DNA of 63,935 bases, filler included, from Asterionella formosa (lineage: Eukaryota), in the NCBI GenBank assembly GCA_002256025.1. It is 5 parts of 5 records of this genome, joined end to end, with 100 filler letters (N's around TTAATTAATTAA, not from the genome) between each part and the next. Parts side by side here need not be neighbours in the genome. Positions count along the whole stretch, not along the records: positions 52,379 to 63,935 come from NKIB01008149.1; 4 more parts are not named here. One strand, given 5' to 3'. The notes under the pieces were generated by a model. It was not told the DNA's origin. It did not search any database and was given only the letters and a program-made list of their open reading frames with translations. Positions 60,817 through 63,935 of the stretch are shown here, piece by piece. The translations under genes were made by a program, and so were the position numbers. Position 1 is the stretch's first letter. Each line of letters starts with the position of its first letter.

Positions 60817-63105
60817 TTAGTTTTGACCCTTCAACAACTCATTCACAACGCGAGTTACAGAGACTTCATCATCCGAGTTGGATCCAATGTTCGCCGCGGT
60901 GAAGCGTTCTAGGATCTCAATAGTGGCTGCATCGTCATAAAATCCTAGTTCGCGGAGTTGGTGGAGTTGGAATGCCCAACGATCAAACTGGGCAGTGACC
61001 ACTTCAGATGCAAGGGTCGGGGTGAATGTGAGAGCAGACGAGGCAGTAGAAATGTTGCTGTTGTTCAAGTCAACAATGGAACCGGCATCTCGTCCCATTT
61101 CACTCTCGAAAAGAGCAGAACCAAGAAACTGGGCAGCGCGGGCAATAATTTCGTCATTTGCGATCTGGGAATCTTCAGTCACAACATGCCAATCATCGCT
61201 CGCCTGCGAATTAATGTCATCCTCGTCCTTGGGGTATTCTCCAAGAAGAATAGTATGATCATCATCCCCACGCAATACTTCTACATCAGCCGTGACAATA
61301 ATTTCAGGTTCAACAACCACATTGTCCTCAGAGTCAACCGAGGCTTCATCGTCCATTGTGCGGTGCAGCATGTCCCTTTCAACTTCTGACATCATAGCGT
61401 CAATGGCATCGGCGCACTGGTCAAGTGTAAATCCGAGAGCTTCAGCGGCTTCACCGCTTCCAGCAGCGTCCGAGGCAAAGGACGAATCGTTGGTGTTTGG
61501 GACAATAGCGGCAGGCTTAGAATCCTCAAGCGGGTCCATGGTCACTGCTTCAGTGCGCTCATCAATAGGGTCAGCAGTGGTGATACTGGCTTCTTTCGCC
61601 AGAGGGGCAGAAGATACAACAACAGCGTCAATGATTGACTCAGGGATTTCAGTATTGGGTTCCTCAATCGTCACAGAGGGTTCCTTCGTCGCACTCTGAA
61701 CATCAAATTTCTCTTGCTCCTTCTGAGCATCTTGAAGACTGCGGCGAATCGCTTCCTTTAATGCCGCATCCATCCCCATTGCCTGTTGAGGACCAAAGTT
61801 GCGAGCACATCGAAACTGAGGACCACGGCGGCGTCCATATACAGTTGCACCTTGGTGACCTTGTGGAAAACATCGGTTGATGCGTTCATACTGCGAAGGG
61901 GGGCATTCATATGGTCCACGAGGTCCACAAAAGGCAAGCTTGGCGGCACGCTTACGATGCCAGCGTTCTTGAAATTGAACATCACGGTCCAATTCTACAG
62001 GCTCAAACTTAAATTCATTCCCTTTGTAAGTGCCAATGCACTTTGAGCAGAGATCATAGTCAGGCAGGTTGGTCGAATGGTAACGAATGCCCACAATGGG
62101 AGTCGTAAGGCATGAATCACACGTGTGTCGGCCATGAATAAAAGGGCGGACTTCTGTCTTGGTTTCATCACTCGTGGGGGCTTCCGTCATCGCAATGGTG
62201 TCGACAACTTCCTTGGCCAGTCCTTCTCCCTCATCTGCCTGCACACTCTTGCACTCATCAACCACAAACGTGTCAGGAGTAAGTGGTACAAATGGAGCTG
62301 GGTCAGCAGCAGTAGTGGCGGCAGGATGCTGAGCATACCCTGCGTCGGCAGCAGAATTGGTGGCAGAAGAGTTGGTCGCAGAACTTGGCTGAGTGGCCTC
62401 CTTCACATGGTTCTGGAGCGCAATCACAGCGGTCGCCAAAACTGAGACAATGGACTCAACCACATTATGTATGTGAGGTGGGCGAGAACCAGAACTTCCT
62501 GGCGGAGACTTGGGAGAGTTCTTGGCAGGTGGCTTGCAATCGGAAGGAGGACAAGCCGCACGACTTGGGCTGACAGGAGGGGCCGAGGCTCGATTGTTAC
62601 TACGCTTGACATCAGTGGTAATGCGCAATACCGCCTGACTGTCAGAGAACTGTTCAATGGCATCAATAAGCTCATCAGTAGAAGCAATGGTCACACAGTC
62701 GTTGTCGATGTCGAAGTAGGTCATGGCGACCTGGTACTCTTCAAGAACTGCAGGCGCGCCTGGAAATGTCATCTTGATCGCAGTCAACACCAAATCTTCG
62801 AACGAAATAACTCCATTCTTCATTAGTTTGCTTAAGCGCACACGACGAATTTGCGGAGAATCTGCAGATACGAAACGCTTGGGTGAGTTTTCATTGTTAC
62901 GCCTGAGGCCTTCTCTACAAAATCTTCAGTGGAATTCCACGTGACACAGGACTGAGATTTTGTTCGTGTCGTCATGTGCCTTGATGCAGCCCTGTTCTCC
63001 TTGCCCTCTCTCTCCATTCTCACCTCCTAACCCCACCAAACGCAACTTAAGTACAAAGTTCTTGTTCTTGGCAAGGATGCCATCATGATTCGTCTCGGAC
63101 GCCAT
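60817..63105 (-). CDS. NBR1/p62-like selective autophagy receptor (PB1, ZZ finger, LIR, UBA-like); intron 63023-62862
   Basis: PB1 (FVLKL..IRRV..MTYFDIDNDCVTIASTDEL), ZZ (HTCDSC..IVGIRYH..DYDLCSKC), acidic LIR DDWHVV, UBA-like QLHQLRELGF..VVNELL. G|GTGAGA...GCAG|AT in frame. Confidence 0.8.
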
Positions 63106-63935
63106 GATTAGAACAAGAAATTCTATTTGTTCTTTGACAACTCGTCGACTGGGAAAATTAATGAGAATTATGACATGCACTTGCTGTATAAATCATAAGC
63201 AATGCATACTGTAGGGTCTACAAACCGGCAATACATATCTACGTACCGGTATCACTATAGTGTCGTATGTATAAAATATACTGATATACCACTGCTTTAT
63301 TTTATGTACCTGGTACCAGGTACCTACCGCTGCTTCTTCGATGTGGCAGTGAAACCCTACACCAGGTTTCGCCCATAATCACTGTTATCGAAGGATCCGC
63401 CAAAATCTTTCTAGTCCAGCTACCGGTACCGGTATCTACATTTTAGCTACGAGAACAGCATTCAGGTACCAGTATACTCCAACTTACCGGTATGTACAAT
63501 TCGGTCCTTCTTGAAGGCGAACGAAGCATCCAGAAGCTTCGGGCGACGGACGTCGACGAAACTTACCTACCGGTACCGGTTACGTAGGTCGAAAATTTCA
63601 TTTACATACCGGTAGGCGAAAGCATAGGGAATAGTTTTTCGAATGATATGATGGGAAAGTAGCCAATCCTAATAATTGCTATAGAGTACGACCGGTAAAC
63701 TAGACCTTAGCTGTCCGGCCTATTCATGTATAAAACATTTGAGATTAAAATCAATCCAAAGAAAGATATTACAGTGGCACGGAACCATAATGAGCACAAT
63801 AAAATCTTACTACATAGTATATATCTATGTTCTGGCATGGTAGAGTGCGCTCTATTCATAGCTCGCTAATATTCTGCATTGCGATTACTTTCCTACTCAT
63901 AAACGTAGGAGGAAGTAACCCCATGAAAATGGTAT

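Overview
Eukaryotic nuclear DNA from a diatom, probably pennate (bipartite signal plus 'AF' plastid presequences, an LHCX gene, short GT-AG introns, CoDi-type Copia elements). The window is not one locus: five ~13-kb contigs are joined by artificial 100-nt N44-TTAATTAATTAA-N44 spacers at 13007, 26103, 39199 and 52279. Contigs 1, 4 and 5 are gene-dense: PA+prolyl-hydroxylase, plastid FtsH, ABCB half transporter, peroxisomal thioesterase, Dre2, divergent RPS4/RPS13, LHCX fragment, YAF9, TM+RRM protein, BET5, PRP38B, plastid RF2, WD40, L-lectin mucin, NBR1/p62-like. Contigs 2 and 3 are mostly decayed transposons: a full-length Copia with a 3.1-kb insertion, a Ginger-like integrase+Ulp1 element, a deleted Harbinger, and two copies of an unclassified element. 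The most notable observations are (i) that unclassified element, with TTGC direct repeats, asymmetric inverted repeats and a long terminal hairpin; (ii) a PRP38B intron built from three mini-introns with a recursive AG|GT site and a 4-nt poison micro-exon; (iii) structured introns in the RPS4/RPS13 pair, one splitting the start codon; and (iv) a type-I membrane protein with RXL sites and a cytosolic RRM. All calls were made by eye with no database searches.
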